This document shows, one piece after another, positions 56,063 to 64,000 of a DNA stretch of 64,000 nt. Source of the stretch: a virus; IMG/VR virus record IMGVR_UViG_3300042396_000723, positions 1 through 64,000 of that record; one strand, 5' to 3'. The notes beneath the pieces were generated by a model. The model did no database searches and was not told where the DNA came from. It was given only the letters and a program-made list of their open reading frames with translations. Position numbers and translations under genes: made by a program. Positions within the stretch are counted from its first letter, which is position 1, and each line of letters starts with the position of its first letter.

Positions 56063-56272
56063 ATGCGCGACTATATAAACAGAGTCCCCGACTATGGGGA
56101 AAAGAAAAAGCCTCACAATCTGAGTTTGACCGACACGGCGTGGCAACGGCTTGATAAATTAGCTGCGCTCTTGGGAGTGTCCAGGAGTGAGTTCGTCGAA
56201 CGCCTATCCCGTGGAGCGATTGCCCCACAAGACTTACAAGCCTTTTATAAAATTTTTTTAAAAAAAGGTTGA
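56063..56272 (+). CDS. ribbon-helix-helix (CopG-like) regulator
   Basis: LSLTDTAWQRLDKLAALLGVSRSEFVERL fits an RHH fold. Confidence 0.5.
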   Translation: MRDYINRVPDYGEKKKPHNLSLTDTAWQRLDKLAALLGVSRSEFVERLSRGAIAPQDLQAFYKIFLKKG

Positions 56273-56298
56273 CAATTTCTAAAGTATGCGTATATTAT
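56269..56298 (+). promoter_or_regulatory. sigma70-like promoter
   Basis: TTGACA-17 nt-ATATTA/TATATT upstream of the 56328 start. Confidence 0.45.
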
Positions 56299-56327
56299 AG
56301 AATTTGTAAACGCACAGAGGTAACGCC

Positions 56328-57131
56328 ATGACAACCGCAACCACAGCAAAAACCAAAACCGCAGCAAAAACTAAAACCCCTGAGTGGAAATGGAATAATA
56401 ATCTGGGGTGTGATGCCCTAAAACTCCCTACAAAGGGATGTCACGTTGACAACAGAGGAAACGTCTGGAAAGACGGCGACTCCATTGGTAACGTCACCCC
56501 GTTGCCAAATTCAGTTAAGGTGACACCCCTAGAATGGGTTGTCACCCACGAACAAAAACAGGAAGCCGTTTCCTGCGAAAAGCTACACGGGAGCTACAAA
56601 AAAAACGCGACTCCTGCCCGTCGTAAAGAATCCCCCGATGGGATGCGGGGAGGCAATTCTCAGTGGGGAGAAGTCTCTGGCCCTAAAGCCCATTTTGTGG
56701 CTGATGAGTACGAGGTGATTGTCACCTACACGGCAACTAAAGCCGTCAATCAATTCAGGGAAATTATTGAGGGAAAACCCAAGTTTCCTTCCCCCACTAC
56801 CATTGCCTATGAAACGGGCTATGGGAAAGAAACGGAATATACCGTGACCGAGTTGGCCGTCTTAGACTTGCCTACCGAAAAAGTGGAGAAGGTCTACACA
56901 GACCAACGAAAACACCTCTATGGAGAGGCAATCAAGGTTGTCAAAGAATACCTTGACAATTTAGATAAACCCGTTGAAGGGCTGTTAAAGGTCGGTGACA
57001 GCGTGATTCACCCTGTATATGGACAGGGAACTGTCACAAAGGCTTTCGGGACTAAAAACCCCACCTACCAGTCCGTTTGCGCGGATTTCCCCTGCGGGAA
57101 CAAGATGGTAGGAAAATGTGACCTGATATGA
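56328..57131 (+). CDS. hypothetical protein
   Basis: 267-aa ORF with Thr/Ala/Lys-rich N-terminus. Confidence 0.55.
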   Translation: MTTATTAKTKTAAKTKTPEWKWNNNLGCDALKLPTKGCHVDNRGNVWKDGDSIGNVTPLPNSVKVTPLEWVVTHEQKQEAVSCEKLHGSYKKNATPARRKESPDGMRGGNSQWGEVSGPKAHFVADEYEVIVTYTATKAVNQFREIIEGKPKFPSPTTIAYETGYGKETEYTVTELAVLDLPTEKVEKVYTDQRKHLYGEAIKVVKEYLDNLDKPVEGLLKVGDSVIHPVYGQGTVTKAFGTKNPTYQSVCADFPCGNKMVGKCDLI

Positions 57132-57187
57132 CCTTTTCACTATGATTACCCCACGGAAGCCACAGCTAAAAACAGAGAGGAAAAACA

Positions 57188-57685
57188 ATGACAACTTTCA
57201 CAAAACCAGAAAACCTTTTTGATTCAGTTGATTTTCAAGGATTTGTCGTCGGAGAAGACGACGCGGTAACAACAGTATTGTATCGGGGTCAAGTCCCCGA
57301 TTTTAAGCGGAATAAAAAACAGGTCGTAAAGTTTGACTTCGACCTTCACTGCCTAACGGCAAAACACTGGTTTCTAGCTATAGAGCTATCTACTTCTGAC
57401 CTTTTGTTTAAGGAGGTAGAAAGTTGTCCTGTTGAACTTCCCAATGAGTTCAAGGATTCAGTTGTCCTGCACCCTGTAAACGGGAAAGTGGGCGTTTGGG
57501 TTGCGCCGATGTCACCCACTGATGTTTCGGGTTGGCAAAAAGCTATGGAAACTACAGCGACAGAGGTAAAAGCCTCTGGTAGTGTGAAGTTTCGAGGGCT
57601 TCACAACCTGTTCAACAGGCTATCCCGCGTTACCCCCAAAACAGGGGTTGTTGGGGGTGCTAAATTCCCGACATGGAGAGACTAA
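57188..57685 (+). CDS. hypothetical protein
   Basis: 165-aa ORF. Confidence 0.55.
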   Translation: MTTFTKPENLFDSVDFQGFVVGEDDAVTTVLYRGQVPDFKRNKKQVVKFDFDLHCLTAKHWFLAIELSTSDLLFKEVESCPVELPNEFKDSVVLHPVNGKVGVWVAPMSPTDVSGWQKAMETTATEVKASGSVKFRGLHNLFNRLSRVTPKTGVVGGAKFPTWRD

Positions 57686-57710
57686 AAGTAGCGATCTCAG
57701 GTTAGCTCCT

Positions 57711-57737
57711 AGCACGGTTCGATTCCGTGCGGTCGCA
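57711..57737 (+). other. tRNA 3'-end-like element (T-arm plus acceptor-like), not a complete tRNA
   Basis: CACGG-TTCGATT-CCGTG followed by CGGTCGCA; no D-arm or anticodon arm can be built upstream. Confidence 0.3.
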
Positions 57738-57774
57738 TTCCCGAAAGGGATTATTAACTACATAGGCTAAAGCA

Positions 57775-58056
57775 ATGAAGAAACATCAAATCAATGAGCA
57801 ACTTAGTAAGTTATTGAAACTTACTAACTGCTCTAACCTAGAGGTAACGGTTGACAACAACACCAGGGATTGTATGACCGTCTGGAAGCTATGGGGTAAA
57901 GGTGGGCAAATTGCCCAAGCCGAAGCACGGTTTGGATCGGAATATTCTGATCAACCCGATGGTTTTGCCTTCTATTTAGAAGGCTACAACTGGACAGATT
58001 ACTGTCCTACAGTTCAAGATTGTGCCAGCCAACACAAGGAGCGCGCTCTTGTCTAA
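57775..58056 (+). CDS. hypothetical protein
   Basis: 93-aa ORF. Confidence 0.45.
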   Translation: MKKHQINEQLSKLLKLTNCSNLEVTVDNNTRDCMTVWKLWGKGGQIAQAEARFGSEYSDQPDGFAFYLEGYNWTDYCPTVQDCASQHKERALV

Positions 58057-58057
58057 T

Positions 58058-58222
58058 ATGACCCATTATTTCGGCTACGAAGTCGAGATTAAAGATAAAT
58101 CAGGGAAGTACGCCTGGTTTATCTACCAAGACGGGGTAATCATCTTTTCAAGTGGCTACGATTACCCCACAGAAGCCACAGCCTATGACTGCGCTTGCAG
58201 TCGCATTGACACATTATTCTAA
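58058..58222 (+). CDS. hypothetical small protein
   Basis: 54 aa from the in-frame ATG (track's TTG start at 58022 overlaps the previous gene). Confidence 0.35.
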   Translation: MTHYFGYEVEIKDKSGKYAWFIYQDGVIIFSSGYDYPTEATAYDCACSRIDTLF

Positions 58223-58233
58223 GGAAAAATCAA

Positions 58234-58614
58234 ATGGAAATCATTAACGCTACACCCCATCAAATCGTTATCTGTAGCAACCAAGGGGTTGTCCAAGATG
58301 CAAAGACTAAGCAATTCACAGCTTCGGCTGTTGAGATCCTCCACACCCTGCCACCATCGGGAATCATCCCCCGCGTGGCGATGGGGAATACCGAATCCGA
58401 ACCCATTTTAGGTATTCCAGTCCAAAGCGTTCAATATGGCGAGATTGAGGGACTCCCCCCTGCGTCTCCCGATGTTTATTATGTAGTGTCGGGACTGGTA
58501 GCAGCAGCCGCCGTTAAAGTGAACAGGGCTGATTGCCTGGCTCCGGGTGCGCTAGTCCGCAATTCTGCCAACCCATCAGAGGTGTTAGGCTGTCTTTTTT
58601 TGCAAAAGCCCTGA
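58234..58614 (+). CDS. hypothetical protein (possible frameshift partner of downstream zinc-ribbon ORF)
   Basis: 126-aa ORF ending just after a T7 run. Confidence 0.45.
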   Translation: MEIINATPHQIVICSNQGVVQDAKTKQFTASAVEILHTLPPSGIIPRVAMGNTESEPILGIPVQSVQYGEIEGLPPASPDVYYVVSGLVAAAAVKVNRADCLAPGALVRNSANPSEVLGCLFLQKP

Positions 58615-58721
58615 TTGGCGACGGTTGCCCCCGGTGTGGTAGTCATAGGCTGGTTAGATATGGTTACACCGAACACGGTCGCCGCCGAATGAAATGCAAG
58701 GATTGTAATAAATTATTTTAA
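58533..58721 (+). CDS. zinc-ribbon (InsA-like) ORF in -1 frame, probably expressed only as a fusion
   Basis: CPRCGSHRLVRYGYTEHGRRRMKCKDCNKLF; only a TTG start, no SD; lies in the -1 frame relative to 58234-58614. Confidence 0.35.
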   Translation: MPGSGCASPQFCQPIRGVRLSFFAKALIGDGCPRCGSHRLVRYGYTEHGRRRMKCKDCNKLF

Positions 58722-58725
58722 AATC

Positions 58726-58757
58726 AACCCTCTAAATATTTAGAGGGTTCTTTTTTT
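58726..58757. terminator. bidirectional intrinsic terminator
   Basis: Perfect palindrome AACCCTCTAAATATTTAGAGGGTT followed by T7. Confidence 0.75.
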
Positions 58758-58759
58758 GA

Positions 58760-59449
58760 TTATCTGATAATCGTTAACGTCGTAGTCTCTGGCAACTTCA
58801 CCCACGGATAAACGATCCGCCAAACATCGTGACTATAAATATTTTTCGTCATGTACCGGGCGTCGGGAACTTGTTTAATCTCTATCCCCATCTTAATACT
58901 CATCGCTTTGAGAGGTCGCCAACTGAAGTTAGACTCATGAACTTTATTGAACTTGGCAACCCTGATGATTGACGAATAATCAAAAAGTTCATCCAAAGCC
59001 TCGGACAGTTGATTGTTTTCTTCCTCAAGCAGTGCTTTCTCGGCCTCTAACTTTTCTACCTCTAACGCCAATCGTCCAGCCTCTAGCAAAGCCTGAGCAT
59101 AGGTTTGTGGTAACGCAAGCGGGGTCTGAACGTGGTTATTCTTAGCAAGGGAGAAAGCCTCAACTAACCGTTCTTTGCAATCCAAAACCTGATCACTGTT
59201 TCGGGAAAACGTCATCAAAAGTGTTGCTTGTGCTTCATTCAAGAAACAGTAAGAGACTTCGTAAGCCCCACCCTGCGGGCGTCTCACCACGTCCGTTTTA
59301 AACGCGACTGGTGTTTTTCGTTCTAATCGGTCTAAATACTTTGTGATTGTTTGCAGTAAGTTCTTATGTTGAATCCCCAGTTCATCAGCAATCAATCGGG
59401 AATCGACAACTAAGGTGTCATTCTGTGTGGTAATGTCAAGAATAGCCAT
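58760..59449 (-). CDS. phage regulatory protein Rha / antirepressor-like
   Basis: N-terminal LVVDSRLIADELGIQHKNLLQTI resembles the Rha DNA-binding domain; central coiled coil. Confidence 0.55.
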   Translation of the reverse strand: MAILDITTQNDTLVVDSRLIADELGIQHKNLLQTITKYLDRLERKTPVAFKTDVVRRPQGGAYEVSYCFLNEAQATLLMTFSRNSDQVLDCKERLVEAFSLAKNNHVQTPLALPQTYAQALLEAGRLALEVEKLEAEKALLEEENNQLSEALDELFDYSSIIRVAKFNKVHESNFSWRPLKAMSIKMGIEIKQVPDARYMTKNIYSHDVWRIVYPWVKLPETTTLTIIR

Positions 59450-59604
59450 TGTTTACTCCGTATAAGTAAGTTGTGGTTAGACCCGTTCAAAAGCCAAAAA
59501 CTTTTGGCGGGTTGCCTATTTATATTATAATACAAACCCAATATCTTCACCAATAAAAATAACCCAACAATTAATAAATCATCGGGTGTGTTGTCCAATT
59601 TTAA

Positions 59605-60036
59605 TCAGTGTGCATTATTATTATAGCACCCTATTTCATCATCAACCATTGCTGAAACCAAAGGTTTTCTTTCTGGAAATAAATCTTTAATTGACCTGAC
59701 AGCATCAATATAAGACTTACCGAGGTATGTTCCATTCTCTCCAAAACTAACAGGGATATCAGAAACCGCCCACCACCCAGACCGACCTCTGAACTCAATA
59801 TACCAATAACCATAGTTGGTATTTTCTCCCGTTGTTTGGGATATTAAATTATTTAATTGTTCTGTTTTTGTTTGCATTCGCAACATCATTTCCTCTCTAA
59901 TTTTCCCTTGAAGTTCCCAGATATCTTTTTTTATAATGTCGTTCATCTGATTAGCTAATCTCATCTTGTACCCTGAATCCGTAGTAGCATTCTCGTACTC
60001 GGTTATTAAATTTTTTAATGCTTCCGTATCCATCAT
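59605..60036 (-). CDS. hypothetical protein
   Basis: 143-aa ORF. Confidence 0.45.
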   Translation of the reverse strand: MMDTEALKNLITEYENATTDSGYKMRLANQMNDIIKKDIWELQGKIREEMMLRMQTKTEQLNNLISQTTGENTNYGYWYIEFRGRSGWWAVSDIPVSFGENGTYLGKSYIDAVRSIKDLFPERKPLVSAMVDDEIGCYNNNAH

Positions 60037-60272
60037 CCCACCTCAAAAGTAACAACATTCCACTTCAATTCTACCTGTAATTCTACCTGTAATTTTACCT
60101 GTTCTGATATCCATTTATCCATACACGAATTAATAAAAACAGGATAATCATTACGAGATTGTAGCCATTGTTTAGGATACTTAACTTTCAATTCCTTAAT
60201 CGTGAAAGTTTCCTCGGATACGGTAACTTCACGATCCAATGCAATCAGTTTAATTTTAGTTGAATTATTCAT
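60033..60272 (-). CDS. hypothetical protein
   Basis: 79-aa ORF, 4-nt overlap with the next gene. Confidence 0.4.
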   Translation of the reverse strand: MNNSTKIKLIALDREVTVSEETFTIKELKVKYPKQWLQSRNDYPVFINSCMDKWISEQVKLQVELQVELKWNVVTFEVG

Positions 60273-60344
60273 GATAAAAAGGGACTGGGTTGTGTTGGTG
60301 TTGCATTAAATACAATCTAATGCCCTCCCGTGCAAGAGATTGTC

Positions 60345-60791
60345 TCAGGTTTGATTGCCGTCGTTAGTGTTTGAATTACTTGCATTGGTAGATACCCCTT
60401 TTAGCTTCTTTATTATTGCAATAGCTTTTTGATGTTCTGAAGCTAAGTGTTGATATTTTTCTTGAATGTTTACTAATTGTTCAGAAAAATTAGAGTTAGT
60501 TTTCTCCTGTAGCGCGGCTATCTTTTCCCTGAGTTCGTTGTTTTCAACCTCAAGCCTGTTTAAATCATTCTCCCTATAATTAGCCTCCCTCTGAAGGCTT
60601 TTAATTTCACTTTGTAATTCAACTATAACCTTGATGTTTTTGGTATCAAAAATTCTATTGATAGCAATACCAATTACACTACTACCACCCAACAGAACGG
60701 TAATCAAACCAAATACTGATTGAATCGTTTGGTCTGTAGTAGCTGTTGTTGTATTTGATTGGAGAATAACATGAAAAAAAGACATCAACAT
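60345..60791 (-). CDS. membrane-anchored coiled-coil protein
   Basis: One TM helix then coiled coil. Confidence 0.45.
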   Translation of the reverse strand: MLMSFFHVILQSNTTTATTDQTIQSVFGLITVLLGGSSVIGIAINRIFDTKNIKVIVELQSEIKSLQREANYRENDLNRLEVENNELREKIAALQEKTNSNFSEQLVNIQEKYQHLASEHQKAIAIIKKLKGVSTNASNSNTNDGNQT

Positions 60792-60808
60792 TTTGATTAC
60801 GAGGGTAA

Positions 60809-61339
60809 TTAACTTTTGTAGGCATATTTAATTGATAACATAATCTCTGCAAGCATTGAAGAAAACACCCCGCAAGCTAAGGAAGATATACTGCCATTTT
60901 GCTTGATTCCTACAGACAAAAAGAAAACTACTATAAACAATACTGAAAGGATGTGGCAGATATTTAAAAGAATATAGCAAGCAGTCCAAACAGAGGAGCT
61001 AATTTCACTACTAAACTCTTTCTTGAACTTGTAGACGAAACACCAACAAATTATCCCGCCAATCCCCACCCCAAGGGTGATAGCGTTTAAAAAATCAATA
61101 CTCTCATTTATCCATCTAATAGATGTTTCTAATGGGGTAAAAATCATTCCAAACAATCCGACCAGAATCATCACCAGGAAATGATGATTAAAAAATAATG
61201 CCTGAACTATATATTTAATTCTAAAAACAGGGCGTGGCATATTGCAATATTTACCCCCTCTTTCTAAAATCGTAAGACTCACCCTCTTTTTTTCGCTCTT
61301 TGAGTTTTTTGCTACGTTCATAGTGATGCCCCAATACAA
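60809..61339 (-). CDS. multi-pass membrane protein
   Basis: 176 aa with about 4 hydrophobic helices; start uncertain. Confidence 0.4.
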   Translation of the reverse strand: MYWGITMNVAKNSKSEKKRVSLTILERGGKYCNMPRPVFRIKYIVQALFFNHHFLVMILVGLFGMIFTPLETSIRWINESIDFLNAITLGVGIGGIICWCFVYKFKKEFSSEISSSVWTACYILLNICHILSVLFIVVFFLSVGIKQNGSISSLACGVFSSMLAEIMLSIKYAYKS

Positions 61340-61610
61340 GGAAAAGCGATAAAAAACTTATAATAATTTGAATTATTAAAGTTGATATTTTCATATTATC
61401 AAACTTGTCATAACCTATCTTGTTAAAGCTGTCAAACAATAACATCAATCCGTTATTTATCAACAGAGTAGATGACAAGTATTGATTCAACTTTCGGTTA
61501 TCAAATATCAAGGAAAATCCATTAATAATAGAAATCAGTCCGGCAAAGAAAAGCAAGAAGGCATAACCGGACTGGTTGAAAGGGAGCGAAAAAATTGATA
61601 TTGATATCAT
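61251..61610 (-). CDS. membrane protein
   Basis: 119 aa with 3 hydrophobic helices; overlaps the downstream ORF. Confidence 0.35.
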   Translation of the reverse strand: MISISIFSLPFNQSGYAFLLFFAGLISIINGFSLIFDNRKLNQYLSSTLLINNGLMLLFDSFNKIGYDKFDNMKISTLIIQIIISFLSLFLVLGHHYERSKKLKERKKEGESYDFRKRG

Positions 61611-61930
61611 TCTATTGGTGTTAATGGGTTGTTTTTTGACGCTTCAATTGCTGCTTTTCTGGTGGCTATTATTCCCATTGCCTCTGTAACCAGTGCAATT
61701 TTTATCCACTCCATCTTTTCGGAAAATCCTGGATATTTAGTCTCTAATTCATTGGGTGTTCCCAAATTCAAAATACCTTCACCTGGACTTGTCCCCAAAA
61801 CTTCTCCAGTCTCAAGATTGACAATCGAATATTGGTGGCACAGTTCAATTACAACATCCAATAAAATCCCACTCACAGGAATCTGTTGGCTTTGTAATAC
61901 AAAAAAATGGTCTTTTTTCTCAATAGTCAT
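61607..61930 (-). CDS. hypothetical protein
   Basis: 107-aa ORF directly downstream of the tail-fibre gene. Confidence 0.45.
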   Translation of the reverse strand: MTIEKKDHFFVLQSQQIPVSGILLDVVIELCHQYSIVNLETGEVLGTSPGEGILNLGTPNELETKYPGFSEKMEWIKIALVTEAMGIIATRKAAIEASKNNPLTPIE

Positions 61931-61934
61931 GATT

Positions 61935-64000
61935 TTATGCCGTGTAAATTATTGTTATTTTAACTGGTTTTGATAAAATATTTTCGCTATTTGTTGGATG
62001 ATTTATTATTTGTATGTCCGCCACTGACACGGACACGGAAAAATGAAGACCAACAAACTGTGTATCATATCCAGACAATACAAACGCGTTTGCGCTGAAT
62101 TCCACTAATACTGTGACGGATACAATTTTTGAAACCGTAACTCCATGAGCTATTAATGCAACCCCCCCTTCAGTTGCAGCCGTAGTCCCCGTCAAAACTT
62201 TAATCTTAATCCCTGGATGATTAGCGTCCCCACCTAAAGAACTGAAACCACCAACATATTGATTTCCTCCAATCCCCTGTCCCCCAGGAATTACACTAGC
62301 TCCCGTGGTGGGAGATGTTGAAGGTGTTGTGGAATTAGTTGATATCACACCTCTTAGGTAGGTATTGGTGATACTTGAATCACCAATTGTTACGGTGTTT
62401 GAGCCGTTACCGGTGGCGTTAAAACAAAATACGTTTTCGTTGGTTGCGTTCTGGGTTCCTTTTGTATTTGCGCCAAAAAAACAAGAGTTATTTGAGATAG
62501 TTAGACCTGTAACGCCGTCAGAAGTGAAGCGTCCTGCACCAACTCCAAAACCTGCCAAATTACTCCCTGTTATATTGCTGAAAAGCGCACCAACTCCAGA
62601 GGCAGTTAAATTATTCCCTGTAGTGTTATTTTCTAAAGCCCCAACGCCAAAAGCAGACGAATTATTCCCTGTAGTATTAGAACGAAGCGCATTAAGTCCA
62701 GCGGCAGTTAAACTACTCCCTGTAATATTGGACAAAAGCGCACTAACTCCAACTGCCGTTGAATAATTCCCTGTGGTGTTATTTTGTAAAGCCCCAGTTC
62801 CAAAACCTGCCAGGCCAATACCTGTGGTATTGGCCTGGAGCACACTAACTCCTGTTATTGTATTTGTGTCTAAACTCCCCCCTCCTCTCCCAATAGGAAT
62901 CAAATTATAAGAATTGGCACTAACAGTACCAGCAAAAATAGCACCCGTAACCCCTAAACTAGCGACCCTTAAAGCCCCTGTAGTTGTTGATGTTGATTGG
63001 GTTGATAGGGGAATATGAAATCTCGAACTATCAACAGAGAAATAAGTAGTCGCACCATCTCCCCAGGATTGAATCCCTGTCGATATATCTCTCTCCCACC
63101 ACGTTCTAGTGGTACTCAGGGGAATGTTAAAGGAAGCATCAACAGCTATCCCGTTATGAAAACTGGTTGTATTCCAGTCTACACCATTAGCTTTCCGACA
63201 AAGCCAAGTTCTTTCTGTTATTATGTTTCCTGATGCCCCTGTTTTTGAAGATAAAACTTGAAAATCTCCAGATGTACTACCGAGAGGAGACCCTTGATAT
63301 AGACTAACTCCTGCACCTAAAGAACCTATTATGTTTCCGTTTACTGCTAGATTCCCCGTGATAGTCCCACCCGCCAATGAAAGATAGGAATTAATATCAA
63401 TTGAATAAGTCCCATCCCCTGTTTTCTTTAGGAATCCTGGGGTGTCGGATAGCGATTGAATAGCAATTAATTCGTTGCCGATACTGTTAGTTGAAACCGC
63501 AGTTACTTGACCCTTAGCATTGACAGTAATAGCAGGAATTGAACTAGCACTACCGAAAGAACCAGCATTACTATTGACCGTTGCCAGTGTTATCGCACTT
63601 GTAACATTGGCTGAACCATCAAAAGATACTGAATAACTAGCATCCCCCGTTGTTGTAATTGTCCGTGGCGTGGTTAGTTTTAAAGCCTCTCCCGCAGTAG
63701 CAGAACTCGATATCTCAACATAAACAGAACCCGACCATCGGTAAACTTTATTAGTCGTTTCATCAACGTAAATCTTTCCAGTTTCACCCGTACCTGGGAA
63801 CCCGGCAAGGTTTGTATAACTCAGGACATCATCAACATAAGACGGTAAAAGCCCAGATGAAATTGTGCCAGACGCGGCGTTTAAACTTGTTAAAACTTCG
63901 TTACCAGTAGACGCGATCGCACCAACATCAGACGCGGTTAAACTAATCTGAGCTTTAGGAACCTTGGTATTTGAATCCAAGGTAGCCACACCATTAGCCA
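61935..64000 (-). CDS. tail fibre-like protein, N-terminus outside window
   Basis: Frame stays open upstream of the GTG at 63989 to the window edge; Thr/Ser/Gly-rich with about six 17-19-aa N-x-TG-x(4)-A-x-G-x-(G)AL repeats; KIYVDETTNKVYRWSGSVYVEI fibre-like segment. Confidence 0.55.
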   Translation of the reverse strand, partial: ANGVATLDSNTKVPKAQISLTASDVGAIASTGNEVLTSLNAASGTISSGLLPSYVDDVLSYTNLAGFPGTGETGKIYVDETTNKVYRWSGSVYVEISSSATAGEALKLTTPRTITTTGDASYSVSFDGSANVTSAITLATVNSNAGSFGSASSIPAITVNAKGQVTAVSTNSIGNELIAIQSLSDTPGFLKKTGDGTYSIDINSYLSLAGGTITGNLAVNGNIIGSLGAGVSLYQGSPLGSTSGDFQVLSSKTGASGNIITERTWLCRKANGVDWNTTSFHNGIAVDASFNIPLSTTRTWWERDISTGIQSWGDGATTYFSVDSSRFHIPLSTQSTSTTTGALRVASLGVTGAIFAGTVSANSYNLIPIGRGGGSLDTNTITGVSVLQANTTGIGLAGFGTGALQNNTTGNYSTAVGVSALLSNITGSSLTAAGLNALRSNTTGNNSSAFGVGALENNTTGNNLTASGVGALFSNITGSNLAGFGVGAGRFTSDGVTGLTISNNSCFFGANTKGTQNATNENVFCFNATGNGSNTVTIGDSSITNTYLRGVISTNSTTPSTSPTTGASVIPGGQGIGGNQYVGGFSSLGGDANHPGIKIKVLTGTTAATEGGVALIAHGVTVSKIVSVTVLVEFSANAFVLSGYDTQFVGLHFSVSVSVADIQIINHPTNSENILSKPVKITIIYTA

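Noticed and set aside
57640-57740. Complete tRNA gene around the GGTTCGATTCC element
   Set aside because: Only a T-arm and acceptor-like 3' strand can be drawn; no D-arm, anticodon arm or matching 5' acceptor strand, and the upstream sequence is coding.
62365-62766. Plus-strand ORF 62365-62766
   Set aside because: Antisense to the tail-fibre repeats; periodic composition is an artefact of the repeat.
1-64000. Integrase and flanking att sites defining a prophage
   Set aside because: No ORF shows tyrosine- or serine-recombinase signatures, so integration cannot be asserted from this window.

Overview
This 64-kb window looks like part of a tailed dsDNA phage (or prophage) from a cyanobacterium; the host call rests on the HIP1 octamer GCGATCGC occurring more than 20 times. 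All calls come from reading the ORF translations and the DNA by eye, with no database search, and hand-derived coordinates for non-ORF elements may be off by 1-2 nt. The organisation is modular: (1) virion genes at both edges: a 5'-truncated ADP-ribosyltransferase-like protein, a ~1680-aa tape-measure-like protein, and a repeat-rich tail fibre that runs off the 3' edge. (2) The main candidate for a novel system is a DNA hypermodification island at 13.3-19.0 kb: a complete preQ0 pathway (FolE, QueD, QueE, QueC) plus a DpdA-type transglycosylase, bracketed by two ParB/Srx-fold proteins and a possible 2OG-Fe(II) dioxygenase. (3) A GIY-YIG homing endonuclease sits between the two halves of an antirepressor gene, suggesting a self-splicing intron. 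(4) A GH108 lysozyme and an M23 peptidase lie next to a membrane-anchored FtsK-like ATPase and several membrane proteins. (5) A replication module with DnaB helicase, followed by a Dcm-type C5-methyltransferase; elsewhere a Dam-like N6-adenine methyltransferase and thymidylate kinase. (6) Many small RHH/HTH regulators, Bro-N and Rha antirepressors, iteron arrays, repeated promoter-like elements and clean intrinsic terminators. No integrase, rRNA, complete tRNA or CRISPR array was found. About half the ORFs are unassignable hypotheticals.
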